The notes beneath the pieces were generated by a model that did not search any database, was not told where the DNA came from, and saw only the letters and a list, made by a program, of their open reading frames with translations. The position numbers were made by a program, and so were the translations under genes. Below, piece by piece: positions 1 to 9,718 of a stretch of DNA of 64,000 nucleotides. Source of the stretch: an uncultured delta proteobacterium (lineage in GTDB: Bacteria > Desulfobacterota > BSN033 > UBA1163); NCBI GenBank assembly GCA_963827685.1, contig CAWHBU010000004.1:736001-800000 (forward strand), written 5' to 3'. Numbering within the stretch: the first letter of the stretch is position 1; each line of letters opens with the position of its first letter.

Positions 1-1
1 C

Positions 2-856
2 TTGAAGAGAAGGAACGTCTCACCGAATACCGTTAAGCACTATTTAAACAGTCTGAAGCACTTTGTTCTCTGGCTGGATGAGCCGATCGAAAAGGTCACC
101 TACAGAAAGGTTGACGAGTATATGGATGACCTGCTTGGAAAACGGCTAAAACCTAAGACCGTCAACTGTTATCTCAACAGCATCTGTCAGTTTTACCACT
201 ACCTCTGCGAAGAAGAGGGACTCCGGATCGTCAACCCTGTGAAGAAGCCAAATATCATGAAGCTTCCCAGAGGGCTTCCCAAACATCTGAGAGACGAGCA
301 CATAGAGATCCTCTTCAAGCATCTGAAAGGGCGAAGGGATCAGGCCATCTTCACGCTCATGCTCCGATGCGGATTACGGGTAGAAGAAGTGGCTCACCTT
401 TCCCTCAGCAATATTGATCTGAAACGCAGAATGCTGCTCATCCAGGATGGCAAGGGTGCGAAGGATCGGATTGTCTATCTCAGCAACGATGCCCTTCATG
501 CTCTCCTGGAATATCTAAGGGTGCGACCCGCAAATAAAGTAAGAAAGGTTTTTCTTGTAGAGAAAGGGCCTCTCAGCGGGCAACCTTTATCCATTCGCGG
601 CATCCAGAAACGGATGGAATATTATGCCCGCAAAACAAACTTGAGAATCTCCTGCCACCATCTTCGCCATACGATGGCAACGCAGATGTTGAATGCGGAT
701 GCGGACCTCTCTACCATCCAGGATCTTTTGGGGCATAACTCTATCAGGACGACCCAACGCTACTGCCGGGTATCAAACCTCAAAGTACAGAGAGATTACT
801 ACAAAGCCATGGAGGTGATCATGCAACGAACGGCTGGCAACCCAAATAATCCTTGA
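2..856 (+). CDS. XerC/D-like tyrosine recombinase (5' end probably outside the window)
   Basis: Catalytic motifs CGLRVEE, GKGAKDR, HHLRHT, LLGH, TTQRY; no IntI-specific insertion. Confidence 0.92.
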   Translation: MKRRNVSPNTVKHYLNSLKHFVLWLDEPIEKVTYRKVDEYMDDLLGKRLKPKTVNCYLNSICQFYHYLCEEEGLRIVNPVKKPNIMKLPRGLPKHLRDEHIEILFKHLKGRRDQAIFTLMLRCGLRVEEVAHLSLSNIDLKRRMLLIQDGKGAKDRIVYLSNDALHALLEYLRVRPANKVRKVFLVEKGPLSGQPLSIRGIQKRMEYYARKTNLRISCHHLRHTMATQMLNADADLSTIQDLLGHNSIRTTQRYCRVSNLKVQRDYYKAMEVIMQRTAGNPNNP

Positions 857-887
857 CATGAGAAAGAAATTATGAAAACTTAAACAC

Positions 888-933
888 TACGCAACATCAT
901 AATATCAATAGTAAATACGGATTATGTTACGTA
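888..933. repeat. Imperfect inverted repeat, possible recombinase binding site or element end
   Basis: TACGCAACATCAT (888-900) and ATTATGTTACGTA (921-933), 11/13 match, 20 bp spacer; TTATGTTA resembles the XerD arm of dif. Confidence 0.45.
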
Positions 934-936
934 TAG

Positions 937-978
937 GTAGGTGAACTGCACAGTCGGGTTTAGTTGTGAAACCCGGCC
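937..978. repeat. 42-bp repeat copy 1 (probable IS terminal remnant)
   Basis: 39/42 identical to 9162-9203; contains hairpin GTCGGGTTT-7nt-AAACCCGGC. Confidence 0.7.
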
Positions 979-1098
979 ACGAGCTTTTTAGAGTTTGATT
1001 AGAAAAATGGATTTTGTAGCGCCCATTTCACAAATCATCCAAACCATTTGCAACTTTTTCCAGAACCTCCTGACAGACTATACTATTTATGTGTGACC

Positions 1099-1962
1099 TC
1101 ATCCGAGTTCTGGTCCAGCCAGGGCGAAATGTTTCTGTGGATCGCCGGGCATGGAGTTTTCGCCGAGATACATGCGAGTCAAAGACCGCTGTACCGTAAA
1201 ACTTTGGTGTTTGGCCCAATCTATTGCCGCGGTATTTCGGTGCGGAATATCCCAAAAAATCCTTTGCCCACGACTATCCAGAAGCAGGGCTTCGATAAGG
1301 TGGATGCCGCTGTGAGAAGATGTGGCCACAACAGGGCCAATCTGCATTGCTCGGGAGCCTCCCCTCAGCAGGCCGTACCCGACAATTCGACCCGGTTTAG
1401 ATTCCAGAACCAATGCAGAAAGGCTTTCGTGTGCCAACGCCTGCAGGACCCTATTGCGGGAGACCCCGAATGCTTCGGCGTCAATCCGGTCAACCATAGG
1501 GATGTCTGTTTTCTGCCATTTCCTGATCCGCAAATCAGGCGTCAAGAGTGACGGAGGTGCATAAACTCCCTCCCACCGTGACAGGGTCCATTCGTCTTTG
1601 AAACCGAGGGCATCGTAAACCACCTTGCCAGCTGGTGTGGCGTCGAGCTTAATGCAACGAACATTGCGCCCCTGGAGGTATTTGATGCACACTTTCAGTA
1701 ATTCTGTGCCTATACCTCTACGGCGAAAGTCAGGATGGACCAGCAACATTCCGATCCAACCAAGCTCCTGTCCATATATCGTCGCTATGATAGTGCCGGC
1801 AGGCACACCATTCCATACAGCGACGAAACAACCGTTAGGTTCTGTCATCAGGTATCGCCGCCAATCCTCCAGACTTTGGTTCCAACCCTCCAGGGCGTGC
1901 AGGTGATCTGCAAACAGCAAGTCGTCAGCGGTCATTAAGCGCAGGTCAAGCGACTTGATCAT
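1099..1962 (-). CDS. GNAT family N-acetyltransferase (tandem GNAT domains)
   Basis: Motifs VHPDFRRRGIGTELL and LDATPAGKVVYDALGF; C-terminal IGPVVA. Confidence 0.9.
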   Translation of the reverse strand: MIKSLDLRLMTADDLLFADHLHALEGWNQSLEDWRRYLMTEPNGCFVAVWNGVPAGTIIATIYGQELGWIGMLLVHPDFRRRGIGTELLKVCIKYLQGRNVRCIKLDATPAGKVVYDALGFKDEWTLSRWEGVYAPPSLLTPDLRIRKWQKTDIPMVDRIDAEAFGVSRNRVLQALAHESLSALVLESKPGRIVGYGLLRGGSRAMQIGPVVATSSHSGIHLIEALLLDSRGQRIFWDIPHRNTAAIDWAKHQSFTVQRSLTRMYLGENSMPGDPQKHFALAGPELG

Positions 1963-2144
1963 AGTGAATGAGAAACTATCGGGTGAAAAAAGTTCGTTTT
2001 GGGGTCGAGTTAAATATAAGAAAACTGGAGGTATATGTCAATCAGACTTTCTATTAAGGATGACACCGAGGGCAACGGCAACATAGGAAAATTAAAGTGG
2101 CTTTTCATTGCAGACTTCACTTAACCAGGAGGGCATCCGGCGAC

Positions 2145-2210
2145 GTTATTAAGTTTGTTAAGTAAGTGCGGTTTGTTTTCCGGTCAAACTCCCGCCCAAA
2201 TACTTCTTCC
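2145..2210. repeat. 66-bp direct repeat copy 1
   Basis: 59/66 identical to 4770-4835; all differences are transitions. Confidence 0.8.
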
Positions 2211-2850
2211 CCGAAACATTCGCTTCTCTAATTCTTAGAGAAGGTGTATATTCCAAGCCATAATTGACAATTAATGGCCCTGATCCTTGGGGTAGGCTAA
2301 TTTTTTCAATTATTATATCGCTGCAATATAACATTGACTAAAACAACATTATATTGCAAAAAGGGCTATTGGGAGCCGATTTGGGGCCCAAAACAGCCTT
2401 TTTAGAGAGTAAAAATTTAAATCTTCACAAAAAACATCGCAGCAACATAAAAAATAATGTTATCCCCAAGTGGGCGTGGTTATCCAATTCAAAAATGGCG
2501 GAAGTGAGAACAAAAGGCAATGCCGAGCGTGTGATACGGAACGTGTCCGACGTGTCAAGCCAAGCCCGGTATCAGCGTAGTCCAAAGACTATAGAATCGG
2601 AACCGAATTCTACAACAAGAACGCCCTCTGATGACACAAATCCTTGTTCCGGCCATGCTACTTTCTTGGATAGGCCGTATGGCACTTTGGTGCGCTCTTT
2701 TGACGGCTCGTTTCGCCGGGTGCAGGCTCATCGCGAACCGGCGTTTTATTGAGACTTGGAGAAAAAAGATGCGAGGAGGTGATGCGAAGGATACGGGCAT
2801 ACTCACCGTGGGACCTAGGGTCAAATTTATCAAATAGGAGGAACGTACTT

Positions 2851-4529
2851 ATGCATAAGAAGAAAAAGATTGTTTACGGCTTGAGTTTTCTATTCTGCTT
2901 CTATCTGATCATGCTGCAAACGGCTGTTTATGCGGCTGAGGCACAAAAGGCGCACAAGGCGCCAGGCGCCGTTGTAGCGGTTGCTGCCGTACCGCAAGCC
3001 TACGTCACCACCGGTTTCCCCCAGGTCGTAGTCGTCTCAGGAACCAACTATGAAATGGGCGTGCAGTACGGCGAGCAAGCTGCTGCCGCCATCGTTCACA
3101 ATGTCGCCCTGTTCAAGAGTCGCCTTTACGACAAATTCGGGAGCGACAAAGTAACAAAGGACATGCAGGCATGGGATTACTATCTGAAGAAGCACGATCC
3201 GGTTTACGCTGATTGGCTGCGAGGAATAATGGAGGGATGCAAGCGCAAAGGCTATGCGGTGACCTATCTCGACCTCATTGCTCTGATGGTCTACCCGACG
3301 GAGTTCTGGGCAAGGCCCAGACCCCATATCCGGCGGAGACCCGCATCGCCTCGATCGGGGGTTTGTCCGCGCCTTCATCACAGGGCGAGTATCACGCCTG
3401 TACCACCTTCGCGGCAGCAGGCGCAAAGACACCAGATGGCAAGCCAATCCACGCGATAACCTCCATGTCCCCTACCGAGACCATGGACAACATCATTCTG
3501 CTGGCATTTCCGAAGGAAGGTGCTTCTTTTGTGTCGCAGACCTATGCAGGAAGGGTGAACGGCAATTCCGCCATGAACAGCAAGGGCTTTTCATGGACCA
3601 TGACGGCCATAATGTCCGACAACCCGGCTTGGGGAATGCCTCCGGAAGTCTACTTCCACTACCTGGCTCAGATGGTCGGGTCTTCGGATGAAGCCCTCTC
3701 ATATCTCAAATCGACGCCCAAGGGCGGGGTCACAGGGGGCTTCATCCTCACCGATGCCTCGGGGAACATTTCCGCCTTTGAGGGTACCGCCGACAAGTTC
3801 CATTTGAGCAAACCCGGAGAAAGAGGCGAATCGGGCCAGTTCATCGTAGAAACGAACCATCTCATAGACCCTTCGCTCAAGTCCCTGAACCCAAAATGGC
3901 TCCCTGCGATCGGTACCTATGCTCGCTACGACACTATATTCCAGTTACTTCAGGAAGCTGCACCGGGTTCGGTCAATTTTGCTTTCAGCAAAAACTTCTT
4001 TGCATCAGACGACTGGTATGACGCGGCAAAGGCAGTCTGGAACAGGAACCAACCAGGTATACGGGAGGTTTCCAACAGCCACACATCGGTAAGCCAGAGC
4101 ATATTCTTTCCGGTGGATCTGGTTGCCTACCTCCAAACCGGTACGCCAAGCGGCATCGGACTCCCTGCCTATGCCACCGGTGAGTATGTGAAGATCAAAC
4201 TGGCTGGCGGCCCCAAGAAGGTCACCGACCAGGCCGATGCCGACGCGATTGCCCTCTATTGGGACGCCCGCGATTCTTTTGAACGTGAGGTGAACGCAAA
4301 GGCGGCATTCCTCACTACGCCAATCGTCGCCGACATGCGGGCAAAACTGGACCAGGCATTTGTCGCCTATTCCATTGGTATGGACAGGGCAGCCTTTGCG
4401 GCTTTGATGAAGGACGTGAAGAAACAGAACAGCCTTTGGTCTGAAGCTATGACCCAGTACGCAAAAGCTCAGCTCTGCGCCCAGATGGCTAAGACAGCCT
4501 TGCTGAAGGCCCGGGCAGGCACGCCGTAA
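2851..4529 (+). pseudogene. Secreted C45-family (Ntn-hydrolase) peptidase/acyltransferase with a frameshift near 3317
   Basis: RBS GGAGG and signal peptide from ATG 2851; SGTNYEMGVQYG motif in one frame, nucleophile HA|CTTFAA plus MNSKG and ETNH motifs in another; one extra C in CCC at about 3317 joins them. Confidence 0.75.
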
Positions 4530-4556
4530 CAGGCAGCCGCTCAATAGAAAAAATGA

Positions 4557-4592
4557 AAAAAAGGGGAGCGGAACATTCCGCTCCCCTTTTTT
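4557..4592. terminator. Intrinsic terminator (likely bidirectional)
   Basis: A-run, GGGGAGCGGAA/TTCCGCTCCCC stem, T-run, downstream of the C45 gene. Confidence 0.85.
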
Positions 4593-4769
4593 GAGTTATC
4601 GGATGGGCAATGACCTGCTCTATTCAGCTAGACGGCTCAGCTCCGTAGAAACCATCTAAGCGTAGAGTTGAACGGTAAAAGAAAGGGCTTGGGGTTAGGC
4701 CTTGAATTATTAGATCTATTTATCCTCCGCGTTCAAGACCTTGCTGACCGTGGGACGTTCCCTGGGGAG

Positions 4770-4835
4770 GTTGTTAAGTTTATTGAGTAAGTGCGGTTTG
4801 CTTTCCGACCAAACTCCCGCCCAAATACTCCTTCC
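4770..4835. repeat. 66-bp direct repeat copy 2
   Basis: 59/66 identical to 2145-2210. Confidence 0.8.
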
Positions 4836-4943
4836 TGAAGTCCTCAAGTCAAGAATCCCTATCGCTATACCAGATTACAACTTGACCTTCCCCCGAGTTG
4901 ATGGACACACCTGAGAATTTGTATCATTGGACAGGAGGTGCGT

Positions 4944-5240
4944 ATGGGGGAAAAGAATCGTCATTTCAGCCGTGAGTTCAAACGAGATGCAGTGCAGTTG
5001 GTCACAGAGAAAGGGATGCCGGTAGGCAAGGTGGCCCGAGAGCTTGATATCCATCCCAATCTTCTTCATCTATGGAGGAGGAGGTTCTTAGCTAAAGGGG
5101 ATAAAGCCTTCGTAGGGAAGGGCCGTGTAACGCCAGAGGAAGCGGAAATAAAGGGGCTCCGGAAGGAATTAGAAAAGGTGAAGGAAGAGAGGGACATTTT
5201 AAAAAAAGCCTTGGCCGTATTCTCCAAACGAAACAGATGA
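4944..5240 (+). CDS. IS3 transposase OrfA
   Basis: FSREFKRDAV HTH, leucine zipper, ERDILKKA. Confidence 0.93.
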   Translation: MGEKNRHFSREFKRDAVQLVTEKGMPVGKVARELDIHPNLLHLWRRRFLAKGDKAFVGKGRVTPEEAEIKGLRKELEKVKEERDILKKALAVFSKRNR

Positions 5241-6094
5241 AGTATCGGTTGATAGAAGAGCACAGAGAGACCTACAAGATAAGGAGTATGAGTGAAGTGT
5301 TGAAGGTATCCAGAAGTGGTTATTATGCGTGGAAGACGCGTCAACCGAGCACACGTCAGAAAGACGATGAGGAGTTGCTGGGGCACATACGGGAGATCCA
5401 CACTCAAAGCAGAAGGCTCTATGGGAGTCCGCGGATCGCAGCGGAGCTCAATAAGCAGGGTCTTAGATGTGGGAAGAACCGGGTAGCCAGGATCATGAAA
5501 GAGCACTCCATATGGGCAGAAGTGAAGAAAAAGAGATTCAGGCGGACTACCGATTCACGGCATCATTATGCCTTGGCTGCAAACTTACTGATTGACCAGA
5601 GGCAGACAGAGGGGGTATGGGCATCTGATATTACGTTTGTGCCCACTTCTGAGGGATGGCTCTATGTGGCAGCAGTGATGAATGTGAAAAGCAGAAAGAT
5701 CATTGGGCTGTCCATGAGCGATAAGCTCTCTCAGGAGCTAGCTTCTGCTGCGCTCAGGGACGCGGTGGGCAGGCAAAGCCCCTCTGAAGGGTTGATCCAC
5801 CATTCTGATCGAGGCAGGCAGTATGCAAGCTATGCCTATCAGGAGCTTTTAAGAGAATACGGCATGACTCCTAGTATGAGCAGAAGTGGCAATTGTTATG
5901 ATAATGCCTATGTGGAGTCTTTCTTTGGCACGCTCAAGACGGAGTTGGTCCATGGTGAGCGGTACCGTTCAAGGCTGGAGGCGAGGCTTAGTATTTTTGA
6001 GTACGTGGAAGTGTTTTATAATCGTCAGAGGAGTCATTCGGCATTAGGGTACAGGAGCCCAGAGCAGTATGAAAAGCTCCTTAATGAAACTTAA
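5237..6094 (+). CDS. IS3 transposase OrfB (DDE)
   Basis: WASDITF, HHSDRGRQY, DNAYVESFFGTLKTE. Confidence 0.95.
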   Translation: MKYRLIEEHRETYKIRSMSEVLKVSRSGYYAWKTRQPSTRQKDDEELLGHIREIHTQSRRLYGSPRIAAELNKQGLRCGKNRVARIMKEHSIWAEVKKKRFRRTTDSRHHYALAANLLIDQRQTEGVWASDITFVPTSEGWLYVAAVMNVKSRKIIGLSMSDKLSQELASAALRDAVGRQSPSEGLIHHSDRGRQYASYAYQELLREYGMTPSMSRSGNCYDNAYVESFFGTLKTELVHGERYRSRLEARLSIFEYVEVFYNRQRSHSALGYRSPEQYEKLLNET

Positions 6095-6240
6095 TCATGT
6101 GTCCACTTTTTCAGGGGAAGGTCAACTGATAATCCTCAAAAAGGTAATATTCACATGGCTATTTTCAGATTGACTGATACAACATTTCGTGATAAACACA
6201 ATTCAAATTGCATCATCCAACAAGAGAAAAGAAGGAGGAT

Positions 6241-6666
6241 ATGGAACTAGAAAAGAACAAAGCCATAGCGAGGCGTTTCAATCAGATTTGGAGCAAGGGG
6301 GATTTGAGTATAATAGACGAGCTTGCATCACCAGAAATTACCGTATACTATCCTGCGATGCCCCAAGTCATCAAGGGAATTGCAGCATTAAAAGAGTATT
6401 TTAGAAGATTCCCTTCGCTTTTTGGTGATGGGGATATTAAGGTTGAGGAGGAGATTGCTGAAGGCGACAAAGTAGTATTACGTTGGAGTTTTTCCTTCAC
6501 ACATCTAGGTGCCCTAGGCATCCCCGCAACTGGCAAGAGACTGAAATGGACGGGCATCTCAATCTACCGTATCGTCGGCGGCAAGGTCGTTGACGAAAGG
6601 GGGGAGGAGGATTATTTCGGAGCTTTTCGGGAGCTCGGTCTTATTCCGAAGCCTCCGACACAATGA
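6241..6666 (+). CDS. SnoaL-like ester cyclase (NTF2 fold)
   Basis: EKNKAIARRF, IAEGDKVV, GIPATGK, GKVVDER; RBS AAGGAGG before ATG 6241. Confidence 0.9.
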   Translation: MELEKNKAIARRFNQIWSKGDLSIIDELASPEITVYYPAMPQVIKGIAALKEYFRRFPSLFGDGDIKVEEEIAEGDKVVLRWSFSFTHLGALGIPATGKRLKWTGISIYRIVGGKVVDERGEEDYFGAFRELGLIPKPPTQ

Positions 6667-6692
6667 ATAGCAGGGACATCCTAAACCAAATG

Positions 6693-6761
6693 AGCGAACC
6701 AGGGGTTGCACCGGATCGGCAGGAAACGGCTCCTGCCTCCCGGTGAACCCCGATGTTATAC
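6693..6761 (+). other. attC-like integron cassette recombination site
   Basis: R'' ..GAAC and R' GTTATAC; unpaired central spacer; L boxes GGGGTT(G)CACCGG / CCGGTGAACCCC with one extrahelical base; terminal stem GGCAGGA/TCCTGCC. Confidence 0.7.
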
Positions 6762-7335
6762 TCTTTTTCAAACGGAAATCGTCACCTCTTAACGCAGGCC
6801 GATCATCACTCTTTGTAGATGCAATCTTCACCGGGCATAGGATTTCCTTGGTGCTGTCTTTGATGATTAGCCTGGTTGCCCTCCTCGTTGACTCCTATTT
6901 TGAAAACGGACATCTACAACCATACCTCCTTATGCCTGGTCTCACCCTGTAACGTATCGGATACTCCTATCCTCCCATTTAAGAATCTTACTATTTTCAG
7001 GGGTAGTTCTGTCGATTACGGTCCGAAATCAATATACGGGTCCAAATGGAACCCCATTGGAGATTGTCAGGTAGGAAGTATGATCTCACCAATTGTCAAT
7101 AGAAATCTTCAGTCTTTGGGGTATGTATCCATAAACTCATGAACCGATCAATTGCCTATCTGGGGACATTCGGAGGTGCCCAATAGAATGTTACTACCAG
7201 AAGTCAATAATTGCTAGGTTTTAGAAAAACGTGTAGCTTCCAATTGGTAATCGATACTCCGCTTTCATTTTGATGAATAGAATTGGAATTCTTTTCCTTT
7301 TCGTGATATACTTCTTTTGGAATAAGGAGGGTATT

Positions 7336-7500
7336 TTGCCAAAACATGCTGGAGCTTATAAAGGCGAAAAACGGCGAAAAGAATTGTCCCGCCAGAAAAA
7401 ACGGGAAGAGAGAAGACAGCGACGATTTCAGAAAGGAGATCGCATCTCTTCAGACGCCGAGAAGGTCGAGCAAGAAGAGACAAAGCCAACCAATCCTTAA
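7336..7500 (+). CDS. Small basic protein (MPKHAGAYKGEKRRKELSRQKK...)
   Basis: AAGGAGG RBS before TTG 7336; K/R-rich; lies upstream of the RRM gene. Confidence 0.6.
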   Translation: MPKHAGAYKGEKRRKELSRQKKREERRQRRFQKGDRISSDAEKVEQEETKPTNP

Positions 7501-7823
7501 CTCGACACCCCTTTCCCGGAAAAAAGACTTCCTATCCTCCTTTACCACGAGTACTACAGAGTCCACCCCTCCAGTAAGGGAGGATGTGGTTTCATCAGGA
7601 ATGGGCAAGGCTGATACAATCGGTTGAAAGTGACTCGTGCGTGAGGACTCACACCTCCACATTGCTGAGGCGGAGCCGGATGGAATGAGGGAAATTGCTA
7701 GCCCATCCCCCCAAACGATTCGGACATTCAACAAAAGCAAGTAAACGTGGCGAACGCTGAATGGCGGGCGCTACCGATCAAAGGTCGTCGCCCAAGGCGA
7801 CGCAGAAAAGGAGCTAAGAAAGT

Positions 7824-8141
7824 ATGGCTAAAAAACTATTTGTAGGGGGTCTGAGCTGGGACACGACGGACGACGGCCTGCGCCAGGCGTTTGCGTCTTA
7901 TGGGGAAATCACTGAAGCCAAGGTCATCACACAGCGCGATACGGGGCGCTCCCGGGGCTTTGGATTCGTGACCTTCGCTCAGGATGACGATGCTAAAACG
8001 GCGATATCCAAGATGGATGGCACGAGCCTTGACGGCAAGACCATTAAGGTTAACGAGGCGCAGGAAAAGAGTCCTCGCGGAGGCGATCGATCCGGCGGTG
8101 GTTTTGGGGGCGGTCGTGGCAGCGAACGCAATCGCTGGTAG
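7824..8141 (+). CDS. RNA-binding protein (RRM, glycine-rich tail)
   Basis: RNP2 LFVGGL, RNP1 RGFGFVTF, G/R-rich C-terminus. Confidence 0.95.
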   Translation: MAKKLFVGGLSWDTTDDGLRQAFASYGEITEAKVITQRDTGRSRGFGFVTFAQDDDAKTAISKMDGTSLDGKTIKVNEAQEKSPRGGDRSGGGFGGGRGSERNRW

Positions 8142-8174
8142 TTCCGGCTACGCTCATCTATGGACATATTCTCC

Positions 8175-8204
8175 GAGCCGCCTCATCTTCTGGTGGGGCG
8201 GCTC
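8175..8204 (+). terminator. Hairpin after RRM gene
   Basis: GAGCCGCCTCA / TGGGGCGGCTC stem; weak U tail. Confidence 0.5.
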
Positions 8205-8452
8205 CTGTTCATAAAGCCGGAGAGCCTTTTAAATGAAATTACTGATTGTCTTTCAGGAAGGTGAAATTTCCTCAGGCTCGAAATGATAGCCGAAAAAACC
8301 AAATCCTCTCTCGGTTTTCCACGGACGCTGTCCGATGCACGCTTTCACTCGTTAATTGTCAATTTTCACTGCCCATAGATTTCAACGCTTTGTAATCGCC
8401 AAAAAAATAAATTCTATTCAATTTCCAAAGAGCGAGGCAGGATTAATAAAAA

Positions 8453-8968
8453 ATGCAATTCATCACAGAATATATCTTTTGCAAAAATAAATTAATTGAT
8501 TCGCTTGAAGAAGTTCAAGAAATTTATTCTGCTATAAAATCTGTCCGATGGTTTCGAGATAAGGTAACTGCTAAATACAAAACAGGCAAAGTTATTGCTT
8601 GGCAAGAAGCCTACAATCGTTTATTTGAAATTACTCTTGAGAAGATAGGCGGGTGGCAGACATCGACTGTTCTCTTTCAAAAGCCTATGCACAAAGGAGA
8701 ATTCTTGAAAAACGGTGTGTTTGTTGAAACACAATTTGGGAACTCATCTACAGTATATCGTGATTATTATAAATTTCATTATGGGTTTGCCAATAAACTT
8801 TTGACTTTAGTAGTCTTAATTGTTCCTACTGACCCAGTAAAGTTTTTTCCAAACCTTAACCCAAACATAATAATCAACATGGCATCGTTTAACTATGCTT
8901 TAGAATGTGTGCCTTCACTTACAATACAAGTTCCAGTATTATTAATGGGTCTTTTACCAAAAAATTAG
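8453..8968 (+). CDS. BglII/BstYI-like restriction endonuclease fold protein
   Basis: VFVETQFGN...YRDYYKF resembles the BglII-family E-x-Q-F-G motif; AT-rich. Confidence 0.6.
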   Translation: MQFITEYIFCKNKLIDSLEEVQEIYSAIKSVRWFRDKVTAKYKTGKVIAWQEAYNRLFEITLEKIGGWQTSTVLFQKPMHKGEFLKNGVFVETQFGNSSTVYRDYYKFHYGFANKLLTLVVLIVPTDPVKFFPNLNPNIIINMASFNYALECVPSLTIQVPVLLMGLLPKN

Positions 8969-9161
8969 AGTGTTTCAAGGTCAAAATTTCAGGCAATATT
9001 TATTGGTGGAGTGTTTCACTCTTCCAAAAAAGAGGTTAATATTCAATTGTTAAAGAGGTGGCAGGGTCAGATGGCTCTGCCTTTATTTTTTGGAACTTAT
9101 TCTCATGCTTGCTTTCTAATCGTAATCGTCAACCTCCAGGATGACAGTCGAGGGAAGACTT

Positions 9162-9430
9162 GTAGGTGAACTGCGCAGTCGGTTTTAGTTGTGAAATCCG
9201 GCCGCAATCCTTTCACAGATGGGTTAGAGAATTGGTTAGTTTGGCAAGGAAAACTGGCCAAGTGGAAAACTGAAGACGGCGGATTGTGGATAACCTGCGT
9301 AAATCGTGCTTTTGCGCCCGTAAAATCAAACCAAATTTGACCCTGTCAAGCGATCTCCGGAAGTGGATTATCTCATTTTTTCCCTGAAAATTATCTCCCT
9401 CCGCTACAGGCAACATCGGGGTTGACAACC
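9162..9430 (-). mobile_element. Degenerate 3' end of an IS (IS1182/IS5-like), including 42-bp repeat copy 2
   Basis: Minus-strand RRSLDRVKFGLILRAQKHDLRRL resembles DDE transposase C-termini (RG..KV..E...AHNLRRL); end repeat shared with 937-978. Confidence 0.4.
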
Positions 9431-9485
9431 TCCTCTTATTCGTTCTATTTTTAAGTCACCGGGCCCCAGAGCCCGATTCCTTTAT

Positions 9486-9703
9486 CCGCCTACGCAGAAG
9501 ATCACGGCCTTTGGCCGCGGATGAATGCGTAAATCGTTGCAGAATCTATTATGAGCGGAGGTTTGGCTGCTCCGGCGGATTTCGCTGCTGGCGGATAACC
9601 CGCCGAAGCCTTGGCGCTTGCGCGCCGAAGCGCTACAGCGCCCAGGTGCGTAGGCGGGTATCTCACGGAGGTACCACGAGGCTTTGCCCGTGGAGGCTCC
9701 ATA
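9486..9703. mobile_element. Non-autonomous IS200/IS605-like remnant (PATE-like) with nested palindrome
   Basis: Subterminal hairpins CACGGCC-TTT-GGCCGCG (9503-19) and CCACGAGGC-TTT-GCCCGTGG (9674-93); preceded by TTAT; no transposase. Confidence 0.45.
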
Positions 9704-9718
9704 CGCACCTGGAAAGAG

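Larger units (their letters stand above)
4883..6124 (+). mobile_element. Complete IS3-family insertion sequence
   Basis: Terminal IRs TGACCTTCCCC...TGGACAC at both ends (TG...CA); 3-bp target duplication ACT (4880-82 and 6125-27); A7G slippery site at 5201-5208. Confidence 0.95.

Noticed and set aside
2-856. Integron integrase for the attC site
   Set aside because: Lacks the IntI-specific insertion; lies 5.8 kb away with no cassette array
9611-9718. N-terminal extension of DUF72 (likewise 51558-51680 for MuF)
   Set aside because: Encoded by repeat elements; better starts exist at 9719 and 51681
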